The notes: generated by a model not told the origin, from the letters alone. DNA of 64,000 bases from Bryobacterales bacterium (GCA_963817515.1 CAWFPJ010000002.1:39454-103453), one strand, 5' to 3'; counted from the first letter of the stretch, positions 29,263 to 37,324 are shown. A program made the numbers and translations.

Positions 29263-29664
29263 AAGTGGCCCCGCCCGTGAAGAAGGGCTATGGAGGAATC
29301 ATCGAAGTGGCTCCGCCAACCGGCAAGCGTCGGGTCACCAAGCCGGTGATCGAAATAGCGCCGCCGGTCAAAGGCAAACGGCCCGGTGACGTGATTGTCG
29401 AAGTGGCTCCGGACATCAAGAAAAAGGCCGGTGGTGTGATGGAAATAGCGCCCGCCGTTCAACGGAAGAGCAAACCCCCCGGGGGGCCCATAAAGGAGAT
29501 AGCACCGGCGGTGAAGCCAAAGCCTTCCAAGCCCTGTGGGGCCGATTAAGGAAGTGGCCCCACCTACCAAGCCAAAGCCGAAGCCCATAGTGGAAATCGC
29601 GCCCCCTAAGAAGAAGTACAAGGGGCCGATTGTCGAAGTGGCTCCTCCGACTAAGAAGAAGTAG
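29220..29664 (+). CDS. Lys/Pro-rich repeat peptide (nine IEVAPP-type repeats). The reading frame is interrupted once, at the G4 run 29538-29541.
   Basis: GAGGAG (29207-29212) lies 7 nt before ATG 29220, and the start is 43 nt inside the end of the upstream gene. ORF 29220-29549 encodes six repeats and stops at TAA 29547. The +1 frame continues with three more repeats (GPIKEVAPPTKPKPKPIVEIAPPKKKYKGPIVEVAPPTKKK) to TAG 29662-29664. Removing one G joins them into a 147-aa product. Differences between repeats are mostly synonymous in this strand and frame. Confidence 0.65.
29256..29649 (+). repeat. Nine degenerate in-frame coding repeats (period 39-51 nt) encoding [IVMP][IVMK]E[VI]AP[PAD]
   Basis: Cores: IIEVAPP, IIEVAPP, VIEIAPP, IVEVAPD, VMEIAPA, IKEIAPA, IKEVAPP, IVEIAPP, IVEVAPP. 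They are separated by K/R/G/P-rich linkers. Confidence 0.85.
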
Positions 29665-29696
29665 CAGATAGCGCCGGCGGCTTAGAAAACCGGCGG

Positions 29697-29729
29697 CAAA
29701 AAACACCGGCGGCGGAGACCGCCGGCGCT
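29697..29729 (-). terminator. Rho-independent terminator for the minus-strand respiratory operon, shared with the convergent peptide gene
   Basis: On the minus strand: CCGGCGG-tctccg-CCGCCGG hairpin (plus-strand coordinates 29706-29725) followed by TGTTTTTTG (plus-strand A-run 29698-29703). It lies 55 nt downstream of the DUF420 stop. Confidence 0.65.
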
Positions 29730-29783
29730 ACCGGCGACAGATACTCCGGTGCTACAGGCTGCCGAGGCCGTCGGCGCTGCTGC

Positions 29784-30194
29784 TCAGAAGTGGTAGAGCA
29801 TCACGTACACCACCACGCCGGTCACGCTCACGTAAAGCCAGATGGGCAGCGTCCAGCGCGCAATTTTCCGGTGTTTGTCGTAACGGGCAGCCAGGCCGCG
29901 GCGCAGCGTGATAGTCGCCAGCACCGGAACCGTCGCGGCCAGCACTGTGTGGGTGAACAGGATGGTGAAATAGACAGTGCGGATGGCGCCGGTATGCTGA
30001 AACTTCACCGAGCCCACCTGCAGGTGATATATCACGTAGCAGACCAGAAATAAACACGAAGTCGCGAACGCGGTTTTCATGACCCGGCGGTGCTGGTCGA
30101 TGCGTTTGCGGCGAATCAGGATGAAGCCCCACACCAGCAGCACGGCGGCCGTGGCGTTGAGCGTGGCATTTACGGTGGGCAGTATTGCGATCAT
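29784..30194 (-). CDS. DUF420 domain-containing membrane protein (CtaM-like oxidase-associated factor)
   Basis: Four predicted TM helices. The NATLNATAAVLLVWGFILIRRKRIDQHRRVM and HTVLAATVPVLATITLRRG pattern is typical of DUF420. Confidence 0.7.
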   Translation of the reverse strand: MIAILPTVNATLNATAAVLLVWGFILIRRKRIDQHRRVMKTAFATSCLFLVCYVIYHLQVGSVKFQHTGAIRTVYFTILFTHTVLAATVPVLATITLRRGLAARYDKHRKIARWTLPIWLYVSVTGVVVYVMLYHF

Positions 30195-30790
30195 GATCGC
30201 TCGCGCTGTAACTGGTGGAGGTCGTGGAGCAGGCGCGCCTTGAAGTCGTCGTCGGAGGTCAGATAGAAGCCGCGAATGCGCCGCCGGCCATCCACCAAGG
30301 CGAACCGCGTGCTGTGACTCAGGCTGCCGTCTACGCCGGTGAGCTTGAAACCCTTGAGCCCGAGTTCGTTGAGGCGCGCCATATCGCCGGTCAGGAAATA
30401 CCAGCGCGCCAGGTCGGCTTTGAAGAATTGCGCGTACTTGGCGAGCACCGGCGGGGTGTCGTGCGCCGGGTCCACCGTGAAGGAAACCAGCTTGACGTCA
30501 GGCGTCGATTCGGTGGAACTTTGCAGTCCGCGCATCTGGTGGCTCATCATGGGGCAGGGGCCGTCGCAAGTTGTGTAAATGAAATCGGCGATCCAGATGT
30601 GGCCATCGAGAGTCTTGCTGTCGAAGGGCTGGCCGGTCTGGAGGATGAGGTCGAACTGTGGAACCTCGCCCAGCACCGGCAGCGGCTTGGTGGTGACGCA
30701 TGAGGCTAGAAGGGATAACAGGAGGCATGCCGTGCCGGTTTGAAAGCCGGCGTGGCACGCACGAGTGCCTGCTCCACGGCGGGTGCTCAT
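30191..30790 (-). CDS. SCO1/SenC family copper chaperone (thioredoxin fold)
   Basis: I place the start at ATG 30790 (MSTRRGAG...LLLSLLASC); ORF-track 31486 is a spurious extension. CDGPC copper motif in IADFIYTTCDGPCPMM and the downstream SHSTRF histidine. Its stop overlaps the DUF420 start. Confidence 0.85.
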   Translation of the reverse strand: MSTRRGAGTRACHAGFQTGTACLLLSLLASCVTTKPLPVLGEVPQFDLILQTGQPFDSKTLDGHIWIADFIYTTCDGPCPMMSHQMRGLQSSTESTPDVKLVSFTVDPAHDTPPVLAKYAQFFKADLARWYFLTGDMARLNELGLKGFKLTGVDGSLSHSTRFALVDGRRRIRGFYLTSDDDFKARLLHDLHQLQRERS

Positions 30791-31518
30791 GTGGTTGACT
30801 TCTGCGCCGCCAACATGCCGGAGGCCAGTAGAAGCGCCAGTCCGAAGGCCGCGGTGATGGCGAGGCTTTCGGCCGGCCCGGGGACGGCGTTGGGCAACCC
30901 GAGCATATAGTTCAGCAGGGAGATTGAATAGGTGAGCGGGTTGATCCACATGAGGGCCCTTACCCATCCGTGCGCCGTGGCCATGGGGAAGAGGGCGCCT
31001 GACACCATCCACATGGGCACCAGCAGCAACATCATGATGCCGTGAAATGCCGCGGTGGAATCCATTTTCCATGCGATCGCAAACCCGAGACCGGTGAGCG
31101 TGAACGAAATTAGAAACATCGCGGCCACAACCCACAACACATCTATCAGCCCGATGCTCACCCCGGCCAGCGGGGCGAAGACCAGCAGCATCAGGCCCTG
31201 GATCCAGCCCAACGTGGCGGCGCCCAGAATCTTGCCCAGCACCAGGCTGGTGCGCGGCGCGGGCGAAACCAGCATGGAAAGCAGAAAACCCTCCCTGCGG
31301 TCTTCGATGATCGAAATGGTGGAAAAGATGGCGGAAAACATCACCGTCAGCACCAGAGTTCCCGAATAGTATCGCGCCAGGTCGCCCGAACCGTAACCGA
31401 TCAGCAGCCAGAAAACCAGCGGCGAAGCCACCACGCTCATCACGCGGCTTTTCTGGCGCCAGAAGCGCAGCATTTCGCGCTGCCACAAGGTTGCTGCGGG
31501 CAAGAAGAAGCTACTCAA
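30787..31518 (-). CDS. ABC-2 type transporter permease
   Basis: Six hydrophobic segments. TLWQREMLRFWRQKSRV is the typical ABC-2 N-terminus. The start is uncertain: TTG 31518 overlapping the ATPase stop, or ATG 31473. ATGA overlap with the SCO gene. Confidence 0.7.
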   Translation of the reverse strand: MSSFFLPAATLWQREMLRFWRQKSRVMSVVASPLVFWLLIGYGSGDLARYYSGTLVLTVMFSAIFSTISIIEDRREGFLLSMLVSPAPRTSLVLGKILGAATLGWIQGLMLLVFAPLAGVSIGLIDVLWVVAAMFLISFTLTGLGFAIAWKMDSTAAFHGIMMLLLVPMWMVSGALFPMATAHGWVRALMWINPLTYSISLLNYMLGLPNAVPGPAESLAITAAFGLALLLASGMLAAQKSTT

Positions 31519-32420
31519 GCGCCGCTCCCGTTTCGCGTATGAACACGTCTTCGAGCGTAGGTTTATGCAGGCCGACGGATTCCACCGCGCCCGGAAACGC
31601 CTCCACCACTTCGGCAATGAAGCGGTGGCCGTTCTGCATTTCCACGCGCACCTGGCCGTCCCGGGTTACAGGGTGCAGGCCGAAGCGCTGCTCAATCTTG
31701 GCCGCCAGCGATTTGCTGTCCGCCGTTTCCAGAAGCACCACATCGCCGCCGATACGCGCGCGCAATTCGCTGGAACTGCCCTGCGCCACGATGCTTCCCC
31801 TCGTGCAACAGGGCCAGCCGGTCGCAACGGTCGGCTTCATCCAGAATGTGGGTGGTCAGCAGGATGGTGACGCCCTCGTGTTCGCGCAGGCTCTCGACGT
31901 GCCGCGAAAGGTCGCGCCGCGCAGCCGGGTCGAGGCCGGTCGAAGCCTCATCCATCAACAGCACCTTGGGCTGATGCAGCAGCGCCTTGGCGATCTCCAC
32001 GCGCCGGCGCAATCCGCCGGAAAGCGCTTCCACCAGATCTTTGCGCCGATCCGTCAAGCCCAGGCGCTCCATGGCGCGGGCCATTCGCTCGCGCAGCAGC
32101 ACGCCGCTGAGACCGTGCAGGTGGCCCTGCGCGCGCAGGTTCTCTTCCACCGTAAGGGCCTTGTCCAGGCTTTGCGTCTGGAAGACCACGCCTACTTCGC
32201 GGCGCACGGCGGCGGGCTCGCGCTCCACATCATGGCCCGCGATGATTGCGCGGCCTTCGGTGGGCGACATCATGGTGGAGAGAATACGGAAGAGCGTGGA
32301 TTTTCCACCGCCGTTGGGCCCGAGAAGGCCGAAGATTTCACCTTTCTTCACGTCGAAGCTGACGCTCGAAAGCGCAACCCGGTCACCGTAGCGATGGGTA
32401 AGGTTTTGAACTTGGATCAC
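31511..32420 (-). pseudogene. ABC transporter ATP-binding protein with one apparent 1-nt insertion near 31792
   Basis: GTG 32420 start (VIQVQNLTHRYG) overlaps the haem O synthase stop (GTGA). Walker A GPNGGGKST, signature LSGGLRRRV, Walker B LLMDEAS. The frame of ORF 31692-32972 gives ...LALLHEGKHRGAG. The frame of ORF 31511-31840 gives SIVAQGSSSELRARIGG.... Deleting one base restores LHEGKIVAQG. Confidence 0.8.
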
Positions 32421-33295
32421 AGACCGGGCCTGTCTAGGAGCATGAGCCCGTAGATAAGCGGCAGGTATATCACGGACGTAATCAGGACATTGCGCGCGCG
32501 CACCAGGCTTCGCTCCAGCGCTACCCGCACACCTGAATATAAAAACCAAAGACCGAGCAGCAGAGCCCCGACAAGATAGATGCGTCCCGACATTCCCAGG
32601 AGACCCGGCACCAGGCTGACCGGAATCAGCGCCAGACCATACAGCACGATCTGCCGCGCCGTGGACCGGCCGTCCGGCTCCACTACGGGCAGCATCAGGA
32701 TGCCGGCGCGCGCGTAGTCTTCCCGATACATCCAGGCGATCGAATAGAAATGCGGGAACTGCCATAGGAAAAGGATCGCGAACAGAACCCACGATTCGCG
32801 CGTGATGCCGCCGGCCGCCGCAGCGTAACCGATCATAGGCGGCATGGCCCCCGGAATCGCGCCGACTGTAGTGGACCACCATGTCCGCTGCTTCATGGGG
32901 GTGTAGAGGAACAGATAACTGACCAGCGTAAAGGCGCCGATCAAGGCCGAAAGCAGATTCACCCCCAGCCACAACTCGAGAAAACCGGCGGTTGAAAGCA
33001 CTGTGCCAAAGGCCAGCGCGCGACCGGCGGACAGCCTGCCCGAAGGTAGCGGCCGGTCCGCCGTGCGGTGCATCTTGCGATCGGCTACGCGCTCATACCA
33101 CTGGTTCAGCGCCGCCGTGCCGGAGGCTATGAGCGCGGTCCCGAAGATGGTGTGCAAGAGCGAGAGAAGATTGATGTGGGTGAGGAAGTCCCACCAGGTG
33201 GCAGCACGGGGCAGCCCGAAGAAATACCCGATCCCTGTGCTCATGAGGATCAGCCAGGTGATTCGCGGTTTCGTCAATTCGATGTAATCGCGCAT
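32417..33295 (-). CDS. ctaB: Protohaem IX farnesyltransferase (haem O synthase)
   Basis: UbiA-family text: YIELTKPRITWLILMSTGIGY, NQWYERVADRKMHRTADRPLPSGRL, FLWQFPHFYSIAWMYREDYARAG. Confidence 0.9.
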   Translation of the reverse strand: MRDYIELTKPRITWLILMSTGIGYFFGLPRAATWWDFLTHINLLSLLHTIFGTALIASGTAALNQWYERVADRKMHRTADRPLPSGRLSAGRALAFGTVLSTAGFLELWLGVNLLSALIGAFTLVSYLFLYTPMKQRTWWSTTVGAIPGAMPPMIGYAAAAGGITRESWVLFAILFLWQFPHFYSIAWMYREDYARAGILMLPVVEPDGRSTARQIVLYGLALIPVSLVPGLLGMSGRIYLVGALLLGLWFLYSGVRVALERSLVRARNVLITSVIYLPLIYGLMLLDRPGL

Positions 33296-33373
33296 TCAGC
33301 GTGGAGTGGACCTCCTGACCTGCTTAGTGCCACCAGCTTAGTGCCACCAGCAGGCCAGGAGGCCTACCCTACT

Positions 33374-34161
33374 TTACCCTTTGATGGTAAAATCCACAGT
33401 CTTGCTTTCCTTGGCACCGACAGTCACGGTCTGTTCCTGCGCGGGATACTTCTCATGCCGCACTTCAATCGTGTATGTCCCGGGCGGCAATCCTTTTAGT
33501 GTAAACGTTCCGTCGTCGCCCGTCACGGCGAAGAACGGGTGCGCCACTACATTGATGTAGGAACGCATCCACGGGTGCACATTGCACTTCACCGGAATCA
33601 TGATTTCCTGGCGGGCGAACGCCTTCGTTTTGTCTTCGCTGCCCGGTGACTGCGACTCGTTCCATTCCTGGTTTACGGCCGGCTGCGGGTGAATGTTGTG
33701 ATTGGTGGGGTCGCTGGTCTTGATGTCAATGTTCTGCCCAGTCATCACTCCGATCATGTGCGGCTTGTACATGCAGCCGTTCTGGTCGAGCAGGACTGCC
33801 GTGGTGGGCACGGCCCAGTTCTTATCCGGCAGGCCGGACTTGACCCACACGAAAGCATACTTCACCGTACCGTTGTCGTTCACCACTACTTCCTCGGACT
33901 TTTGGGGGGCGCCCTTATGCTTCGCCTCGCAGGCCGGGGTTGCCGACATATCCATGGTTGCCATCTTAGGCTTGTCACCCGTGAATACGACTTTGCCGGT
34001 TACCGTGCCGCCATTAGCTTCGTCGGGCATTGCAGCGGCGCCGCCGCCGCGGCTGCCGGCGCCGCGGTATCCGTCTTAGCCGTCTCTGGCGGCTTGTCGC
34101 CCCCGCATCCAACCAACGTCAGGGCGGCTGCCAGCCCAATTCCCATCCAAATCTTCTTCAT
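33374..34161 (-). pseudogene. Lipoprotein with a cupredoxin-type copper site and a CarboxypepD_reg-like tail; one apparent frameshift in a GC-rich Ala tract
   Basis: The lipobox start MKKIWMGIGLAAALTLVGCGG (ATG 34161) is in the frame of ORF 34000-34218. The body is ORF 33374-34030. KCNVHPWM gives a C-x2-H-x2-M ligand spacing with upstream His residues. The frame change lies between about 34025 and 34070, inside the (GCG/GCC)n Ala tract. Confidence 0.55.
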
Positions 34162-34198
34162 ACTTAATAAGCCTCCTTGGCTTAAACTTATACGGCCA

Positions 34199-37100
34199 TC
34201 AATTACTTGTTCCCGCACTGGCGCGCATTTTGCTCAGTTCCTCGGGAGTGAATGAGAACATGTACCGCACCAGCAAATCCGCGTGGTCCTTCTCATATCC
34301 GTTAAAGCTGGCGGGCACCGGGCCGGCAAAAACCATCCGGTCGCCTTCGCGCCGGAACAGGCCCGAGGGCATCGCCGTGCCCGGACTCATCAGGGCAGGA
34401 TCCAGCATCCAGCGGCGCGTCCAACCCGGCTTCAGCCTTTCCTTGGCTACCGTGAAATTCGGCGCGGTGGCTCTGGAATCATGCTTCGGATCGCCCGTCA
34501 TGTGGCACTTCAGGCAAGGCGCGCCTTCACTGGTGAACAACTGCCGCGCCATGGTCCGCTCCTGGTCTGTCAGGGGATCCAGCTTTTCCGCGATGAATGG
34601 CTGGGCCTGCGACGACATGGCTTCGAAGAACCGGACCAGCTTGCGGATCTCACCATCGGAGAAGCTGAAGGTCGGCATCCGCGCTTTCAGATACTGGCGA
34701 ACTCCATCGCGATTGGTGTCGGTTTCGCTAAGCGCCGGATTGTTGAGGAACCGCATCAGCCAATCCGGATTCACGCGCGCGCCTTCGCCGATCAACGTGG
34801 GCGGCTTCTGGTCTTTCCAGTCCGGATCCTGATACTTGGTCATGGTGTCGAATATGCTGTTCTGCCCCACATGCACTTTGTGGCAGCCCATGCAGTTGTA
34901 CTTGCGCACCACCCACCAGCCGTCGATGATGTCCTGGCGCTGGTCGGTGGGAGTGTAGAAATACCGGGAAGGCACGCTGGCATCCACCGAACCTTCCAGC
35001 AGCGTCGTCACGGCGTCGATCTCCGGCTTTGAGAAGTTGAAGTTCGGCATCTTCAGCCGGTCCTGCTTGGCCTTCTCCTTGCCCGTGTCATACACCGCCG
35101 GGTTCTCGAGTTTGTGTTCGAAGAAGCCCTTGTGCGTATACCAGCCTTCCTCTTCGGCCTTGTGCCCGAGCAGCGCGAAATCCAGGCGCTCCGTCGGTTT
35201 GGAACCTTCCTTCGTCAGTTCCGTCCCGATGCGCTGTTCTTCTTCCAGGCCCGCGATCTCATGGCATCCGGCGCAACCATAATTGCGAACCAGCGACAGG
35301 CCCTGGTTCTTCAGATTCGGGTCGTCCATGTAGTCCGTGTTCGCGTACGCAGCATCGCCGTGTTTGCGGGTCATCAGGTAACTGGCAACGTCCCGGGCTT
35401 CGTCTTCCGTCAGACGCAGGCTGGGCATTGGAGTCATCTGCTGCACCTGCAGTTCATGGCCGTCATTAGGGCACTTGGAGTGTTCCAGGTCGAAGACGTA
35501 CGGCAGGTTGTGACGCTGATAGTCTTCCGCAGTCAGGTCCTTCTTTTCGAAGGAGCAGTACGGCGCCGAGCGCTGGCGCGGATTGTGCACCCACCGCACC
35601 AGGTAATCGTAGTTAGCCTTTTCGCCCTCGCGGCTCAGATTAGCTGCGAACGTGCCGCCCTGCTTCTGGCCGCCCTCGCCCATGGAGTGGCAGGCCATGC
35701 AGCCGCGCGTTTCAAAAGCCTCCTGGCCCTTGGCCGGGTCGCCCGGCTTCTGCGCCGGCGGCGCGGCATTGACGCCCGATTGCCAGATGAAGGCTGAAAT
35801 CGCGCGGATCTCATTGTCATCCAGGCGGAAGGTCGGCATCTTGGTGCCTTCGCGCCAGACGTGCGGGTCTTTCAACCAGACCGGAATCCATTGCTTCTTC
35901 AGCTTGGCGCGAACTTCCTTGAGACTTGGCCCCACCTTCTTGACTTCGCGAATCAGACTGCGCGAGCGCATATCGAACTGCTCGATCTTGGCATCCAGGC
36001 CGCTGGTTCGCACTTTCAAATCGTTGGAGTGCTGGAAGAGCTGCTTGGCCTCGGTATCGCTGGTTCGCGGGTTGTTGGCCTTCTCATCGCTGAATCCGAT
36101 CTCGCGCTTCCACTCAGCCTTCTGCTGCTCCAACTGGCGGATCTGCTGGTTCACCGATGAAATTTCGTCGGCCTCGCGGTCGAAGCCTTCATACCGATGG
36201 CAGCCCATGCACCCGCGAAGACGGAAGATTTCGCGCCCCTGGTTGAGCGTGTCCGCCATCTCAGTGACAATCTCACGCACATGGCATTGCTGGCACCCGG
36301 CGTCGATGTTCTCTTTGTGGTGCATCGGCCAAAGCCAGAACTTGTTATATCCGTGCGCCTTCTCGATACTGGAAAGCGCCGCCCCATTGCCCCCGTGGCA
36401 GGGTGTGCAACCGAACTTGTCGGGGTCGTGGATCTTCAGCAGCTCCTTATTCGGGTGGCTGGTGAAGACTTCCTCACCGCCCATGGCGGCCTTGGTCAGC
36501 ACGATCGGCTCGCGCGTTCCCAGGTGGCAGGATTCGCAGCGGTCCACCAGGTCCACGTCCTTGACATGGATCTGGCGAATTTTAATGTCGAACTTTTCAA
36601 GCGAGGACTGCACCGCCGAAATGGTCCCCGTGCTGGCAGCGGCGATTCGGTCCGACAGGTATTGGTCGCGCTTGGCGCGAAGCTCCGTGGCCGTCTTCAT
36701 CAGGTCCACACGCTGCTGCAATAGCTTGGCCTTCTCGTCTTTCATTGCCTGAAGCTGGTCGGCCATCTGCTGGAAAGTCATCTCGTTGGCCTTCTCGTCG
36801 CCCGGCAGCTTCACGCTTTTCGTTTCGGCTTTCAACTCCACAATCTGCTTGCGCAAGGAGTCCTTACTGCTCTCGCTCTTCGTCACCTCAATCTCATAGG
36901 TGAGCGCGCCGATGTGGCTGCGCACTTCCTGGAAAGGATCGTTCAGCGCCAGGATCTTGGGTACGAGTTCCTGATTGATTTTCTTATCGATGGTGGACGC
37001 GCCCGGCATGGCAGCTTGTTCGGCTGCTGCCATTTCGCGGTCTAACCGCTGGTAATCCGGCGAAGTCCTGATCTGTTTCTCGACGTCGGCTTCTCCGCCG

Positions 37101-37285
37101 GAAAGGGTTTTCAGATATCGCGAATATAGCTTTACGAACCGCGCCTCGTAGCCCTTCCACGGACGAATACCGTACATCTCGTCGTACAGGCCCCACACCA
37201 TCGAAATCACCAGCAGGACCGATGAAATGAACAGGGGCTTGCTCAGCGATGAATGGACTACCGGATCCTTCTCTTGATCGCTCAT
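34199..37285 (-). CDS. Membrane-anchored octahaem c-type cytochrome (cytochrome c subunit of the Rieske/cyt b complex cluster)
   Basis: N-terminal TM helix (LFISSVLLVISMVWGLY) and a coiled-coil-like region. Eight CxxCH sites: CESCH, CTPCH, CQQCH, CMGCH, CMACH, CAGCH, CMGCH, CLKCH. Confidence 0.85.
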   Translation of the reverse strand: MSDQEKDPVVHSSLSKPLFISSVLLVISMVWGLYDEMYGIRPWKGYEARFVKLYSRYLKTLSGGEADVEKQIRTSPDYQRLDREMAAAEQAAMPGASTIDKKINQELVPKILALNDPFQEVRSHIGALTYEIEVTKSESSKDSLRKQIVELKAETKSVKLPGDEKANEMTFQQMADQLQAMKDEKAKLLQQRVDLMKTATELRAKRDQYLSDRIAAASTGTISAVQSSLEKFDIKIRQIHVKDVDLVDRCESCHLGTREPIVLTKAAMGGEEVFTSHPNKELLKIHDPDKFGCTPCHGGNGAALSSIEKAHGYNKFWLWPMHHKENIDAGCQQCHVREIVTEMADTLNQGREIFRLRGCMGCHRYEGFDREADEISSVNQQIRQLEQQKAEWKREIGFSDEKANNPRTSDTEAKQLFQHSNDLKVRTSGLDAKIEQFDMRSRSLIREVKKVGPSLKEVRAKLKKQWIPVWLKDPHVWREGTKMPTFRLDDNEIRAISAFIWQSGVNAAPPAQKPGDPAKGQEAFETRGCMACHSMGEGGQKQGGTFAANLSREGEKANYDYLVRWVHNPRQRSAPYCSFEKKDLTAEDYQRHNLPYVFDLEHSKCPNDGHELQVQQMTPMPSLRLTEDEARDVASYLMTRKHGDAAYANTDYMDDPNLKNQGLSLVRNYGCAGCHEIAGLEEEQRIGTELTKEGSKPTERLDFALLGHKAEEEGWYTHKGFFEHKLENPAVYDTGKEKAKQDRLKMPNFNFSKPEIDAVTTLLEGSVDASVPSRYFYTPTDQRQDIIDGWWVVRKYNCMGCHKVHVGQNSIFDTMTKYQDPDWKDQKPPTLIGEGARVNPDWLMRFLNNPALSETDTNRDGVRQYLKARMPTFSFSDGEIRKLVRFFEAMSSQAQPFIAEKLDPLTDQERTMARQLFTSEGAPCLKCHMTGDPKHDSRATAPNFTVAKERLKPGWTRRWMLDPALMSPGTAMPSGLFRREGDRMVFAGPVPASFNGYEKDHADLLVRYMFSFTPEELSKMRASAGTSN

Positions 37286-37324
37286 ATGGTCGTCGCTAAA
37301 TATTTGTCGCCTGTATATTGGCTT

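Noticed and set aside
29535-29549. Programmed +1 ribosomal frameshifting in the repeat-peptide gene
   Set aside because: I see no recognisable slippery heptamer or stimulatory structure beyond a GGGG run. At least nine other genes in the window show comparable breaks, so an indel (error or mutation) is the more economical explanation. The question is kept open in the findings.
29256-29649. A regularly spaced repeat array that might at first look like a CRISPR or other non-coding array
   Set aside because: The period is irregular (39-51 nt). The repeats are conserved at the amino-acid level but not the nucleotide level: differences are at third-codon positions. There are no unique spacers or cas genes. 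The array sits in an ORF with its own Shine-Dalgarno and ATG.
29172-29706. Antisense ORFs 29172-29621 (-) and 29416-29706 (-) opposite the repeat peptide, which also look repetitive (RSHFDN, RRYFDH, ...)
   Set aside because: They are codon-for-codon mirrors of the plus-strand repeats. Changes that are synonymous on the plus strand alter residues on the minus strand. They have no ribosome-binding site, they overlap the 3' end of the 969-aa gene, and they run against the flanking terminator logic.
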